Below, one piece after another: positions 48,850-61,829 of a stretch of 64,000 nucleotides of DNA (positions are counted from its first letter, which is position 1; the number at the start of each line of letters is the position of its first letter). The translations under genes and the position numbers were made by a program. The notes under the pieces were generated by a model. The model did no database searches and was not told where the DNA came from. It saw only the letters and a list, made by a program, of their open reading frames with translations. Source of the stretch: Chiloscyllium plagiosum (taxonomy: Eukaryota); contig NW_025215297.1 in NCBI RefSeq assembly GCF_004010195.1, forward strand, positions 19,147 to 83,146. Reading direction: 5' to 3'.

Positions 48850-49808
48850 GGGTGGTGATAGTGTAGTAGTATTGTTGCTGGGCCAGCATTCCAGAGCCCA
48901 AATAATTCACAGGATCCATGTTCTAATCCCAACACAGCAGATGATTGCATTTGCATTCAACTGAAAAAAGATAATCTGTAATTAAAATCAACGATGACCA
49001 TGAAATCACTGTCAATTGTTGTAAAAGCCCAGCTGGATTACTAATGCCATTAAGGAAGGAAATCTGCTGTCCTTACCTGGTCTGGTCAACATACAACCCC
49101 AGATCCACAGCAAAGTGGCCGATCAAATTATTCAATAAGCCTGAAACTGGATAAACGAACTGGCGTTAAGTCAATGGAAGAAACAACAGCATACTCAGCT
49201 TTGACAACCAATCATACCAAAACCTAAGACACAACATTGAGAGCATCTGGGAACACACCACACATGTATCATACCCTGAACTTCAATGGTGCACCCAAAA
49301 TATGCCAATTATCAGAACATGCCAGAATTTTGTCAAGTCTTTTCCATTCGGTCCTGGACTGCTTCATTATTTGAGGAGTTGCAAAAGGTACTACATGTTG
49401 TTGCAAGCATCAGTGAACATCGCCATGATGCAAGAAAGGTCATTGATGAAACAACTGTAGATGGTTGGGTCTGGGATAACCGTAAATCTCTTAAGGTCCC
49501 CAGCAGCACAGATGGCAGTCTTCAGCGAAGTTACTTTGCTCCACATACTATCAAGGAAGAGCTGGAGTACTATGAGCCCTCAGCAATAGCATTGAATACT
49601 TGCGCTCCAGAACTAGCTACACAGGTAGCCGAGCTGTTTCAGTACATCTACAATAGTTATCAATCTGGCAATAAGGAAAATTGCCCAGATATGACAGGCC
49701 CATGAGGCAAGGATAAATCAAACCCAGAATTCTGCTCCTCAAAAGGCAATGGAAGGGATCATCATCAGTGGTATCAGGTATCATTTGCAATGGAATGACC
49801 TGCTCAGA
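48850..49808 (+). mobile_element. Old tRNA-like SINE head plus degenerate CR1/L2-group LINE fragment
   Basis: LNTCAPELATQVAELFQY; related SINE pieces at 58580-58830 and 59366-59540. Confidence 0.5.
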
Positions 49809-49809
49809 C

Positions 49810-52800
49810 TTCTTTTTAATTTCAAAAATATACTTTAATCATAAAATTATTTGTGTATCTATACAATTGGTCATGCCATTCTTATGCACACATTACATTT
49901 CTTTACATACAATCATTCGTATATACAAGTCTGTACATTGACTATCCAGCTATTCTGGGTGGGCCCCCTGTTCTTAGGCACGTGGACGTTACACGGTGGT
50001 CTTTCCCCACCGTGCCTTGGCGGCAGCTGCCCCAAGCTTCAGCGTGTCCCTCAACACATAGTCCTGGACCTTGGAATGTGCCAGTCTGCAACACTCAGTC
50101 GGGGTCAACTCCTTCAGCTGGAAGATCAACAGGTTTCGGACCACCCAGAGAGCGTCCTTCACCGAGTTGATGATCCTCCAGGCAGAGTTGATGTTCGTCT
50201 CAGTGTGCTTCCCGGGGAACAGACCGTAGAGCACGGAGTCCCGCGTCACAGCGCTGCTTGGGACAAACCTCGACAAACACCACTGTATTCCTCTCCAGAC
50301 TTCCTCTGCATAGGCACATTCCAGAAGGAGGTGTGTGACAGTCTCGTCCCCCCCGCAGCCGCTTCAAGGGCAGTGTGTGGTGCGGCAGAGAGTCCGGGAG
50401 TGCATAAAGGATCTCACAGGCAGAGCCCTTCTCACCACCAGCCAAGCCATGTCTTGGTGCTTGTTGGAAAGTTCTGGTGATGAGGCATTCTGCCAAATGA
50501 TTTTGGCAGTCTGCTCAGGGAACCGCTCGATAGGATCCACCATCTCCTTTTCCCGAAGGGTCTCAAGGACACTGCGTGCTAACCACTTCCTGATGGACTT
50601 GTGGTCAAAGGTGTTTCTCCAAGAAGGGCAGGTGATAGGGAATGGTCCAACTACTTGGGGCGTTCCGCGGCAGCGAGGCCAGGCCCACCCTTCGCAACAC
50701 CGGGACAGGTAGAACCTCAGTACGTAGTGACACTTGGTGTTTGCGTACCGGGGATCCAAGCATGGCTTGATGCAGCCACACACAAAGGTGGCCAAATGGG
50801 TGAGGGTGGCATTGGGCGTGTTTTTTCCTCCATTGCTCATGTCTTTATACATTGTGTCCCTTCGGACCCTGGCCATCTTTGATCTCCACATGAAGTGGAA
50901 GATGGCCCCGGTGACTGCGGTGGCACAGGTTCTGGGGAAAGGTCAGACCTGTGCCACACATAACAACACTGACAGAACCTCACACCTGATGACCAGGTAT
51001 TTACCCAAGATGGAGAGCGACCGTAGCTTCTATCTACCCAGTTTCTGCCTCACTTTCTTGATTCGTTCCTCCCAAGTCTTGGCACACGCCCCAGCCCCCC
51101 CGAACCAAATATCCAGCACCTTCAGGTGGTCGGTCCTGACGGTGAAGGGGATCGAGGATTGGTCGGCCCAGTTCCCGAAGAGCATGACCTTGCTCTTGCC
51201 TCGGTTTACCTTGGCCCCCGAGGCCCGTTCGAACTGGTCACAGATGCACAGCGGATCCGAGCAGAAAACGGCGACCACATCCATGTACAGGGAGGCCTTA
51301 ACCTGTAGGCCCCCACTGCCAGAAATAGTCACCCCTCTCAGGCTCGCATCCTTCCTGATGGACTTGGCAAATGGCTCTATGCAGCACACAAACAAGGCAG
51401 GAGAGAGAGGGCAGCCATGCCTGACTCCAGATCTGACTGGGAAGCTATCTGATTCCCACCCATGGATTGGGACTGCATTGACAACGTTGGTGTAGAGCAG
51501 TCTGATCCTATTACAGATTCCCTCCCCGAAGCCCATTTTGGAGAGAACATCTCTCATATACTTATGAGATATCCTGTCAAAGGCTTTCTCCTGGTCCAGG
51601 CTGATGAGGCAGGTGTCCAACCCCCTGTCCTGCACGTAGGCGATCGTATCCCTGAGGAGTGCGAGACTCTCAGTGATCTTCCTGCCCGGTACAGCACAGG
51701 TTTGGTTAGGGTGGATCACTGATCCCAGAGCAGACCTGACCCGGTTGGCGATGACCTCTGCCAAGATTTTGTAATCTGCATTTAATAGTGAAATTCGTCT
51801 TCAATTTCTGATTTCCTACCTCTCCCTCTTCCGCTTGTAGACGAGGGTGATGATGTCTTTCCTCATGGATTCACTCATGGTATCGGCCAGAAGCATACTG
51901 ACATACACCTCCAGCAGGTCCTGGCCCATCAAGTCCCACAGAGCGGAATAGAGCTCGACGAGTAAGCTGTCGCTTCCGGGAGTTTTATTCTTTTCGAAGG
52001 ACTTGAGGGCCTTGGTCAGCTTGTCCAGAGATAGCGGCTGGTCCAGCCTCTCCCATGTTCTGTCGTCTAGGACCTCCGTGATAGAGGACAGGGATGACTG
52101 GGAGGCCGTGCTGTCGGTTGGCTTCGAGTCATACAGACTGGCATAGAAGGATTTGCTGATCCTCATGATGTCAGCCTGAGATGACGTTGCCGAGCCATCT
52201 TCTTCCTTCAGGCTGCAGAGCACGGAGCTCTCTTTCTTTCCTGGAGCTGGGACAGTTTTCCCTGCCTCTCTCTCGCCTCCTAAAAACCTTTGAGGATGAA
52301 GAACCTCTTGATGTTCCCTTTTACTGTTTCCCACCAGTCCACTGGGGACTCAAACAGGGGCTTTACGGTTCTCCAACCTGCGTAGTCCCTCTTGAGCTCC
52401 TCAATGTTTCCCGGGGTCAACAGCTTGGTGTTCAGCTTCCACATTCCCTTACCAGCCCATTGCTCATCCTGTAGGTGACAATCGGCCAGCAGGAGGCAGT
52501 GGTCGGAGAAGAACACCGGCTTGATGTTGGTGGATCTGACCGAGAGCGTTCGGGACACAAACAGGTAATCTATCCTTGAGCGGATAGACCAGTCTGCCCG
52601 TGACTAGCTGTATCTACGCTGCGCTCTGTCTGCAGGGGTGCTGAAGACGTCGTGCAGCTTGGCATCTTTTACCGTGTCCATCAGGGCTCTGGATGTGGCG
52701 TCCAGTTTACTGTCCCCCCCGCCGGATCGTCCATCTGCATCGATGATACAGTTGAAGTCTCCGGCCAGAATGACCGGCCTGGACGTAGCCAGCAACAGTG

Positions 52801-54208
52801 GAAGCTGCTGCAGGACGGCCAACCGTACCCTCTTACCCACTGGGGCGTACACATTAATCAGTCTCAGGGGAGCATTCTTGTACATGATGTCGGTGATGAG
52901 GAGGCGCCCGCCCACCTCCTTAACCTCAGAGATGGTGAAGTTGCCTCCTCGCAACAGGATACCCAGATCTGAGGCGTGGCTATCGTTGCCCCCCGACCAA
53001 ACTGACGGCCCATGGGCCCACAAGCTCGACCATCTCCTGTAGCTGCTGAGGTGGGGTATCCCACACTCCTGCAGAAACAGGAACATCGGCTTTAACGTTG
53101 GCCAGGAAGGCCAGTGTAGAGACACATCGCGCAGCAGATTTAATGCTACGCACATTAATACTGGCAATATTTTTCCCCATTTTAACAGTTTATGAGGTTA
53201 CCAGTGTCCATTTGCTGTTGGTTCTGCCTCTCTGGGGTAGCTATCTGCATTCCTGTGATGAACACGAACTGCTGGACCCTCGCAGGGCTGAGGTAGCTGT
53301 CTGGCTCCACTCTGCAGGCATTTCCCTCTGGTGTCTTCAGGTCGGGACCAGGGTTCGCACAGTCCCGTTCTCTGTCTGACAGCTGGGCTGTTAGAGGATC
53401 GCTGCTCCCAGTTACCTGGAGCTGTGGGGCAGTGGGCACCTCCTGGTTTTCACAGGGTGGGGGGTGGTCTTTACTAGCTCCCTCACAGGGTTCATCATTT
53501 CCTGTTTGGGGGGTGCTGCCCTCCTTTCTCCCCGTGGCGCTCTGACTCTCCCTCTGGTGATGACACTCCTTACGCCCAACCTCACCATCTGAAGAGCTGG
53601 CTGTATCCTCATCGTGTAGGTGTCGTTTCCCCCTTTGCTGGGTGGCTTTGGGGGGCTGGCAAGGTTTCCTTTTCCTGGTTTTTACAAGAATCCACTCCTC
53701 TGCCTCCTTGGTTTGCTCCTCCTCCATTTCCTCCGTCTGTCCTGTGGGAGCTTGGATTGGCTGCTACACTTCCCCGCTGGCTGCCGTCTGCTCCCCTCCA
53801 TCCTTCTGGGTGCTCCCAGACACCATTCCCCTGCTGGTTTGTGGTACCTTGCCAGCCCTTTGCGATCCACGGCTCGCATTGCCACCTCCGGCCATCTGTG
53901 CATAGGTGGTGGCCCCTCGTCTTAGGCAGGCCTTGTACACGTGGCCTGCCTCTCCACACAGATTGCAGTTCTTGGCCTCTTTGCATTCTTTGGTCGGGTG
54001 ACCCTCCTTCTTACAGTTCTGACAAATGGTGACCTTATAGTCCGCCGCCATGTGGCCTGACCTCCTGCAGGTTTGGCACACTTTCGGCTGCCCTGCGTAC
54101 GTCAGGTACCCTCTGCTCTCTCCGATTGCAAAGCTGGAGGGTGGGTGGAGGATGTTCCCACTGGCGTCGACCCTCAGACTTATACTGACCTGCCACTTGC
54201 TAGTCCAG
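49810..54208 (-). mobile_element. Tx1/L1-clade LINE, 5'-truncated within ORF1; ORF2 (APE-RT-Cys) frameshifted
   Basis: ORF1 triple CCHC knuckles YAGQPKVCQTCRRSGH..CQNCKKEGH..CNLCGEAGH; ORF2 IASINVR, LINVYAP, ILAGDFN, FSDH, SLDQEKAFDR, GVRHGCPLSP, YMDVV; A-rich 3' end. Confidence 0.92.
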
Positions 54209-55090
54209 ATCCTGACCCACCCTTCCACTTCCTTATCTAAGTCATTTATAAAAATCACAAACAGCAGAGATCCCAGAACAGATCCCTGCAGAACACCATT
54301 GATCACCGAGCTCCAGGCTGAATACTTTTCATCTACTACCACCCTCTGTCTTCTATGGGCCAGCCAATTCTGTATCCAGACAGCTAGATTTCCTTGTATC
54401 CCATGCCTCCTTACTTTCTGAATGAGCCTATCATGGGGAACCTTATCAACAGCCTTGCTAAAATCCATGTACACCACATCCACTGTTCTATCTTCATCAA
54501 TGCGTTTTGTCACATCCTCAAATAATTTAATAAGGTTTTTGAGGCATGCTCTGCCCCTAACAAAGCCATGCTGACTATCTCTAATCAAACTATGGTTTTC
54601 CAAGTAAATCATATATCCTGTGTCTCAGATTCCTCTCCAATAATTTGCCCACTAAGACTGACTGGTCTGTAATGCCTAGGATTATCCCTACTCACTTTCT
54701 TGAACAAGGGAATTACATTGGCCACCCTCCATCATCTAGTACTTTTCTAGTGGACAGTGAAGTTGCAAAGACATCACCATGGGCGCAACAATCTCTTCCC
54801 TCACTTCCTGTAGGAACCTTGGATATATCCCAACTGGCCCAGGAGACTTATCTATCCTTATGTTTTTCAACATTTTCTGCACATCTTCCTTCTTAACATC
54901 AACCTGTTCAAACATACTGATCTGTTTCACACTGTCCTCACAAACGACAAGGTCCCTCTCAGTCACGAGTACTGAAGCAAAGAATTCATTAAGGACCTCC
55001 CCTACCTTCTCCAACTCCAGGCACAAGTTCCCTCCACTATGCCTGATTAGCCCCACCCTCACTCTGGCCATCCTCTTGTTCCTCACATAA
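54209..55090 (-). mobile_element. CR1 RT fragment joined directly to the Tx1 ORF1
   Basis: DKSPGP, SQHGF, YMDFSKAVDKVPH, QGSVLG..INDLDKEVEGWV then switches to Tx1 sequence. Confidence 0.9.
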
Positions 55091-55099
55091 GTGTATAAT

Positions 55100-57945
55100 G
55101 TGGCTCAGGGATGGAGAGGACTGACAGTTTAATGTTCCAGGGTATAGATGCTATAGGAATGATAGAAAGGAGAGTGGCATTTTTGAATTGGGATAACATT
55201 TTGCTATACTTCGGGAGAATATTCCTGGGAATACATCCAGGGACGTTATTTGGGTGGAACTGAGAAATAAGAAAGGGATGATCACCTTATTGGGATTGTA
55301 CTATTTCCCCGTGCCCCCCCCCCCCCCCCCGTGCCCCCCCCCACCCCCACCCCCAGTAATCAGCAGGAAACTGAGAAACAAATTTGGAAGGAGATATCAG
55401 TTATCTGAGATAATGAGAATGGTTATAGTAGGGGATTTTAACTTTCCAAACACAAGGAGGGACTACTTAAATGACAGGAATGTGTTAAGTGTGTACAGGA
55501 AAATTCATTGATTTAGTATGTGGATGTACCTACTAGAGAAGGTGCAAAACATGACCTACTCTTGGGAAATAACAGGGCAGGTGACTGAGGTCTTAGTGGG
55601 GGAGCACTTTGGGGCCAGCGACCATAATTCTATCATTTTAAAGTAGTGATGGAAAAGGACAGATCAGACCGAAAAGGCCAAGTTCTAAATTGCAGGAAGG
55701 TCAATTTTGACAGTATTATGCAAGAACTTTCAAAAGTTAATTGGAGGAGGATGTTCACAGATAAAGGGACGGCTGGAAAAATGAGATAATGAGGGTCCAG
55801 GAACAGTATGTTCCTGTCAGGACAATGCTGGATGTCAAGAGAAATTGAGGTATTAGTCAAGAAAAAGGAGGAAGCATATGTCAGTTATAGACAGCAGAGA
55901 TCGAGTGGTTCCTTAGAAGCGTATAAAGGCAAATGTAAGGGGGAAATCAGGAGGGCAGAATGGCGATATCAGATAGCCTTGGCAAATAAGGTTAAGGAGA
56001 ATTGAAAAAGGATTTTATAAATACATTAAGGACAGAAGGATAACTAGGGAAAGATCAGCAAGGTCATCTGTATGAGCTGCCAGAGGATGTGGTGGAGGCT
56101 GGTACAATTGCAGCATTTAAGAGGCATTTGGATGGGTATATGAATAGGAAGGGTTTGGAGGGATATGGGCCGGGTACTGGCAGGTGGGACTAGATTGGGT
56201 TGGGATATCTGGTCGGCATGGACAAGATGGACCGAAGGGTCTGTTTCCGTGCTGTACATCTCTATGACTCTATGTGTGGAACCGCACGGCATGGGGAAGA
56301 TACTAAACAAGTATTTTGCAACAGTGTTTACAGTGGAGAAGGATATAGAGAATATAGAATGGTGAGAGAATAGATAGCAACATCTTGAAAAATGACCATA
56401 TTACAGATGAGGAGGTGCTGGACAGCTTAAAGCGCATAAAGGTAGATAAATCTCCAGGCCCTGATCAGGTGTACCCTAAAACTCTGTGGAAGCTGAGGAA
56501 GCGATTGCTGGGCCCCTTACGGAAATATTTTTATCATCAATAGACTACAGGTGAGGTGCTGGAAGACTGGAGGATGGCTAACGTGGCAGCACTATTTAAG
56601 ACAGATGGTAAGGAAAAGCCAAGGAACTATAGAGCAGTGAGCCTAACATTGGTGGTGTGCAAGTTGTTGGTGGGGATTCGGTGGGACAGGATTTACATGC
56701 ATTCAGAAAGGAAAGGACTGATTAGGGATAGTTAAATGGTTTTGTGCATGGGAAACCGTGTCATACTAACTAGATTGAGTTTTCAAAGAAGTAATGAAGA
56801 GGATTGCTGAAGGCAGAGCGGTGGACGTAATCTCTTTGGACTTCAGTAAGGCACTCAGCAAGGTTCTTCATGGGAGACTGGTTAGCGATGTTAGGTCACA
56901 TGGAATGCAAGGAGAACTAGCCATTTGGATACAGAAATTGCTCAAAGGTAAAAGACAGACAGTGGTGGTGAAGGGTTACTTTTCAGACTGGAGGCCTGCG
57001 ACCAGTGGTGTGCCACAAGGATCGGTGCTGGGTTCACAGCTTTTCATCATTTGTATAAATGATTTGGACACGAACATCGAAGGTACAATTAGTAAGTTTG
57101 CAGATGACACTAAAATTGGAGGCGCAATGGACAGCAAAGAAGATTACCCCAGAAATACATCGAGATCTTGATCAGTTGGGCCAACGGGCCGAGGAGTGGC
57201 AGATGGAGTTTCATTTCAATAAATGTGAGGTGCTGCATTTTGGAAAGGCAAATCAGTGCAGGACTTATACACTTAATGGTCAGCCCTAAGGCAAGTTACA
57301 AAACAAAGAGACCTTGGAGTGCAGGTTCATAGTTTCTTGAAACTGGAGTCACAGGGAGACAATGTGCTAAAGTAGGAGTTTGGCATGCTTGCCTTTACTG
57401 GTCAGAGCATTCACGGGAGGAGTTGGGATGTCATGTTGTAGCGATACTGGACATTTACTGCATTCAGTTTTGGTCACCCTTTTACAGGAAGGATGTTGTT
57501 AATCTTGAGAGGGTTCAGAAAAGATTTACAAGGTTATTGTTGGACTGCTGGGTTTGAATTATAGGGAGAGGCTGAATAGGCTGGGGCTATTTTCCCTGGA
57601 GTGTCAGAGGTTGAGGGATGACCGTATGCAGGTTTATAAAATCGTGAGTGGCCTGGTAGGGTAATTAGCCAATGTTGTTTTCCTAGGCTAGGAGAAGTCC
57701 AAAACTAGAGGGCATAGGATTAAGGTGCGAGGGGAAAGATTTGAAAAGGGCCTGATGGGTAACATTTTAACGCAGAGGGTGGTGTCTGTATGGAACAAGC
57801 TGCTAGAGGAAGTAGTGGAGGCAAGTACAATTACAACCTTTAAAAGTCATCTGTATATGAATAGGAAGGGTTCAGACTGGGTCAGATTGAGATGTCTGCT
57901 CGGTGTGGACAAGTTAGACCAGAGGGTCTATTTATGTGCTGTATG
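55100..57945 (+). mobile_element. Degenerate near-complete CR1 ORF2 with a nested younger CR1 3' end (about 56068-56273)
   Basis: [50 protein letters not shown]. Confidence 0.9.
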
Positions 57946-58844
57946 ATACTACAATAGCAAAGTGTGCCTGGATTGTGTTTGAGTCGGAGATGATCACACT
58001 CTCATATATCTGCTGCTCTTGCCCTTTGAGGTGGCGTAGATTATGGAATTGGTTATGCTACCAGTGAAATCTAGTCAGGTTTGTTGAGCATGCTGTAGAC
58101 AGTATGCCCTGCAGCACTGTGTATTGATGGCAGGAATAGATGTTTAAGATGGTGGATGAGCTGCCGAGCAAGCAGCCTGATTATTATCAGCATCGCAGTG
58201 TGAGTGCCCTCCTCAACTCTCTCAAGGGCAGCTTGACCCCACAACCTTAACTGCTGGGATCACGTAACAGGAATTTGGGTCCATCTGTTGTGAACTAAAA
58301 AGCCTCATTATATAATTGGTGTGGTCAGAACTCTCAATGCAAGTGAGAATTCCGAAAATGACCCTAAGACAATATGCTCAAGTGGTTCATGAATAAAAAA
58401 AAAAATCACTTGCCATTCCTGTGTGTGAGCTAAAGCAGTTAGATTGTGCTGTATAAGAGTGGCAGGTATATAAACACAATGATTATTTGAAATTTTCAAA
58501 GATTCTCAGATAGTGTAAAAAAAGACAACATGTGTGATAGTCAATCTTAATATAACTGTTTGCTAAAGACACCAGACACATGGGAGGCATGGTGTCGTAG
58601 TAATGTCACTGGACTAATAATCCAGAGGCATGGGTTAATGTTTGGTGAGCATGGGTTCCAATCCTGCGATAGAGCGTGAAATCTATTTTCAATAAAAATC
58701 TGGAATAAAATGTTATCTTATTGGTATTATCACTAGACTATTAATTCAGGAGCTCAGTTAAATTTCTGGGGAGCTGGGTTCAAATTCTGCCATGAATGAA
58801 AATAAAAAAATCTGGAATTAAGAATCTATTGATTCTTAATTCTG

Positions 58845-59365
58845 GTTCTACAGTTCTGGTCGCCCCATTACAGGAAGGATGTGGAGGAATTGGAAAAGGT
58901 GCAGAGGAGATTTACCTGAATGTGCCTGGTCTGGAGGAAAGCTCTTATGAGGAAAGGCTGAGGGACTTGGGTCTGTTCTCAATGGAAAGAAGAAGGCTAA
59001 GAGGGGATTTCAGAGACATACAAGATGACCAGAGGATTAGATAGGGTAGACAGTGGAAGTCTTTTTCCTGGGATGGTGACATCAGCTTGTACGAGGGGGC
59101 ATAGCTACAAATTGAGGGGTGATAGATTTAAGTCAGATGTCAGAGGCAGGTTATTTATTCAGAGAGTGGTAAGGGCGTAGAATGCCCTGCCTGCCAATGT
59201 AGGTAGCTCAATCACATTAGGGAGATTTAAACTATCCTTGGATAAACACATGGATGATGATGGGATAGTGTAGGGGGATGGGCTTAGATTAGTTCACTGG
59301 GCGGCGCAACATCAAGGGCCGAAGGGCATGTCCTGCACTGTATTGTTCTAGGTTCTATGTTCTAT
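58845..59365 (+). mobile_element. CR1 3' end
   Basis: SYEERLRDLGLFSMERRRLRGD; ttctatgttcta tail. Confidence 0.85.
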
Positions 59366-60854
59366 CATGAAACCATTACCAGTTGTCAAGAAAAATGCAT
59401 TTGGTGCACTAATGTCCTTGAGGGAAGGAGACCTATTGTCCAGACCCACAGCAATATGGCTGACTGTCAACTGCCCTCTGAAATGGCTTAGCAAGCCACA
59501 TGTCCAAGGGCATCTAGGGACAGAGCCCATGTCCCACAAGCGTTCCATTTTCTCACTGAGATTATTTGGGGGACATTACATTTTCAGGGCTTGGTCTAAT
59601 TTACAGCCTTATCTACAGTTACAAAGGTCACTATTGGAAGGTGTGTTTAATAGCCCTTCACTTTAACTTCCTCTGACACTTTCTTCCCCATCCTGCAGTG
59701 AATGGTTGATTTGCCTTTTGAATTAGGTTTACTTGTACATGAAGACACCTGAAAAAAAAAACTTCAATCACTTTAATTCGTATTTGATTTTGCTGCATCC
59801 AAGTCTTGTTTTGAATCTGATTTTAAAAAAGAAGTACAATGGACAACATAAAAGCTGTTGCATATTTATACTGCTTGGTTTTTGTTACAACTTTAGGTGA
59901 GTCTCAATACGATATATATTCCTTGGTAATTCTTATTGTGAGTTTTGGATTGGTGTTTCCCCGAAATCCACGGTAGATTTTCCTTTGCCTTATACCTGGA
60001 CTGCACTCAGTTCCTGGGCACCGGGTGGAAGGAATGGGACAGATACAGATTGTGTCTGATGTTTTCAATACAGGCAACATACAAAGCATGGTTTTGAGGC
60101 AGAATGATTCTTGTAGGTTTGAAAAGCCAGATGTAACAACATGAACTGTGAACTTTCTGAGAAGAGAATCCCAGTTTCTAAGAAACAAGTGAATATTGCT
60201 TGCAGCTGGTGGAAGCTGTTTATGTTGACTGGTGGCTTTGGAATTCAACCAGTATGGCAATAATATAATGAATTGTTCAAAAGTTCTTTGATGGTACCCA
60301 TCGTTGAAATGGTTATTGAACTAGCAAATTACAAACTTTATTTTCTGTTCAAATACGAACTGAAGGAATTAAGGGCTACGGGGAGAATGCGGGTAAGTGG
60401 AGTTGAAACGCCCATCAGCCATGATTGAATGGCGGAGTGGACTCGTTGGGCTGAATGGCCTTACTTCCACTCCTATGTCTTATGGTCTTAACTGACTGTG
60501 TGTGAGAGTGATGGTTATGATGAAAGAATATTGGGTTTAAATCACAGACATTAATTAGATTACCTTGTTGTTTGGGTTTACCTAGCTGAAGTTACAGTAT
60601 TAGTAATAAATTGTGAATTTTGGTTTAAGCTAGAAACTTAGTGTCTGATATCTGTTATTCTTAAAGTTGGTTCGGGATAACAGGGCAATTTTAATGGTCT
60701 TTGAATGTTTAAATTCTGCTGTGTTGTGAATCCAGTGTTAGCGAATCTGATTTAGTCTGGCTTGCTATCCCGGTGTCATAATGGTATGGATCACTGAACT
60801 TTCAGAGATTTGCCTTGCAAAGGCTACAATACCAATGCTTCACACTGTTATAGG

Positions 60855-61370
60855 ATCATAGCACAGAGAGAGGCCCTTTGGCCCAAACTGGTCCATGCCG
60901 ACCAAAACGTCCATCCACACTAACCCCATTTCCCCGCACTTGGCTGATAGTCTTCTGAACCTTTCCTATCCATGGACTTGTCCAAATGCTTTTTAAATGT
61001 TGTGAATGCACCTGTCTCAGCCACTTGCACTGGCAGCTCATTCCATATACATAACACCCTTTGTAAAAACGTTGCTCCTAAGGTTCCCTTTTTTCTTTCC
61101 TTTCTTCCCTCACACTGATGCCTTCTAATCATTCAGTGACCTTCAAAATTGCCCGATTATCCCTCTAATCCTCGATTCCCAACCCTGGAAAAAAGACTGA
61201 GTGTATTCACCCTAACCATCCCCTCATGATCTTATACACTTCTCTAAGATCCCCACCCCCCGAGTCTCCTGTGCTCTTAAGAAAAAAGGCCTAGCTTGTC
61301 TGACCTCTCCCTATAACTCAGTCCCTTGAGTCCTGGCAACACATCCTTGTAACTTTCTTCTGCACTGTTT
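60855..61370 (-). mobile_element. CR1 3' end
   Basis: QRVLCIWNELP..FKKHLD; LSYRERSDKLGLFS. Confidence 0.8.
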
Positions 61371-61482
61371 CCAATCCGATTGCAAAAATATTGATAGATC
61401 ATCATCGGTATGGTATAAAAGAAGGGGGCAGTTGAAAAATCAGCAGAGCTAACTGCCGTCCTGCCAGAGTTAACAGCTCTCA

Positions 61483-61530
61483 TCTCTCTCTCTCTCTCTC
61501 TCTAGAGAGAGAGAGAGAGAGAGAGAGAGA
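61483..61530. repeat. (CT)n(AG)n self-complementary microsatellite
   Basis: Direct reading. Confidence 0.9.
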
Positions 61531-61804
61531 TTAGATTCCCTACAATGTGGAAACAGGCCCTTTAGCCCAACAAGTCCACACCCACTCTCTGAAGAGTAAT
61601 CCACCCAGACCTTTTTCCCTCTGACTAATGTGCCTAACACTATGGGCAATTTCCCACAGCCAATTCATCTGATCTGCACATCTTTGGACTGTGGGAGGAA
61701 ACCAGAGCACCCGGAGGAAACCCACGCAGACACAGGGAGAATGTGCAAACTCCACACAGACAGTCACCCGAGGTTGGAATCGAACCTGGGCCCCTGGTGC
61801 TGTG
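61528..61804 (-). mobile_element. HE1-type SINE flanked by (AG)n on both sides
   Basis: Reverse complement of the 39190-39494 body. Confidence 0.9.
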
Positions 61805-61829
61805 AGAGAGAGAGAGAGAGAGAGAGAAA

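Noticed and set aside
50335..53379. Several long plus-strand ORFs
   Set aside because: Antisense shadows of the GC-rich Tx1 ORF2
55287..55334. Poly-C tract translating as poly-proline
   Set aside because: Homopolymer expansion within a dead CR1 endonuclease region; not a real coding feature
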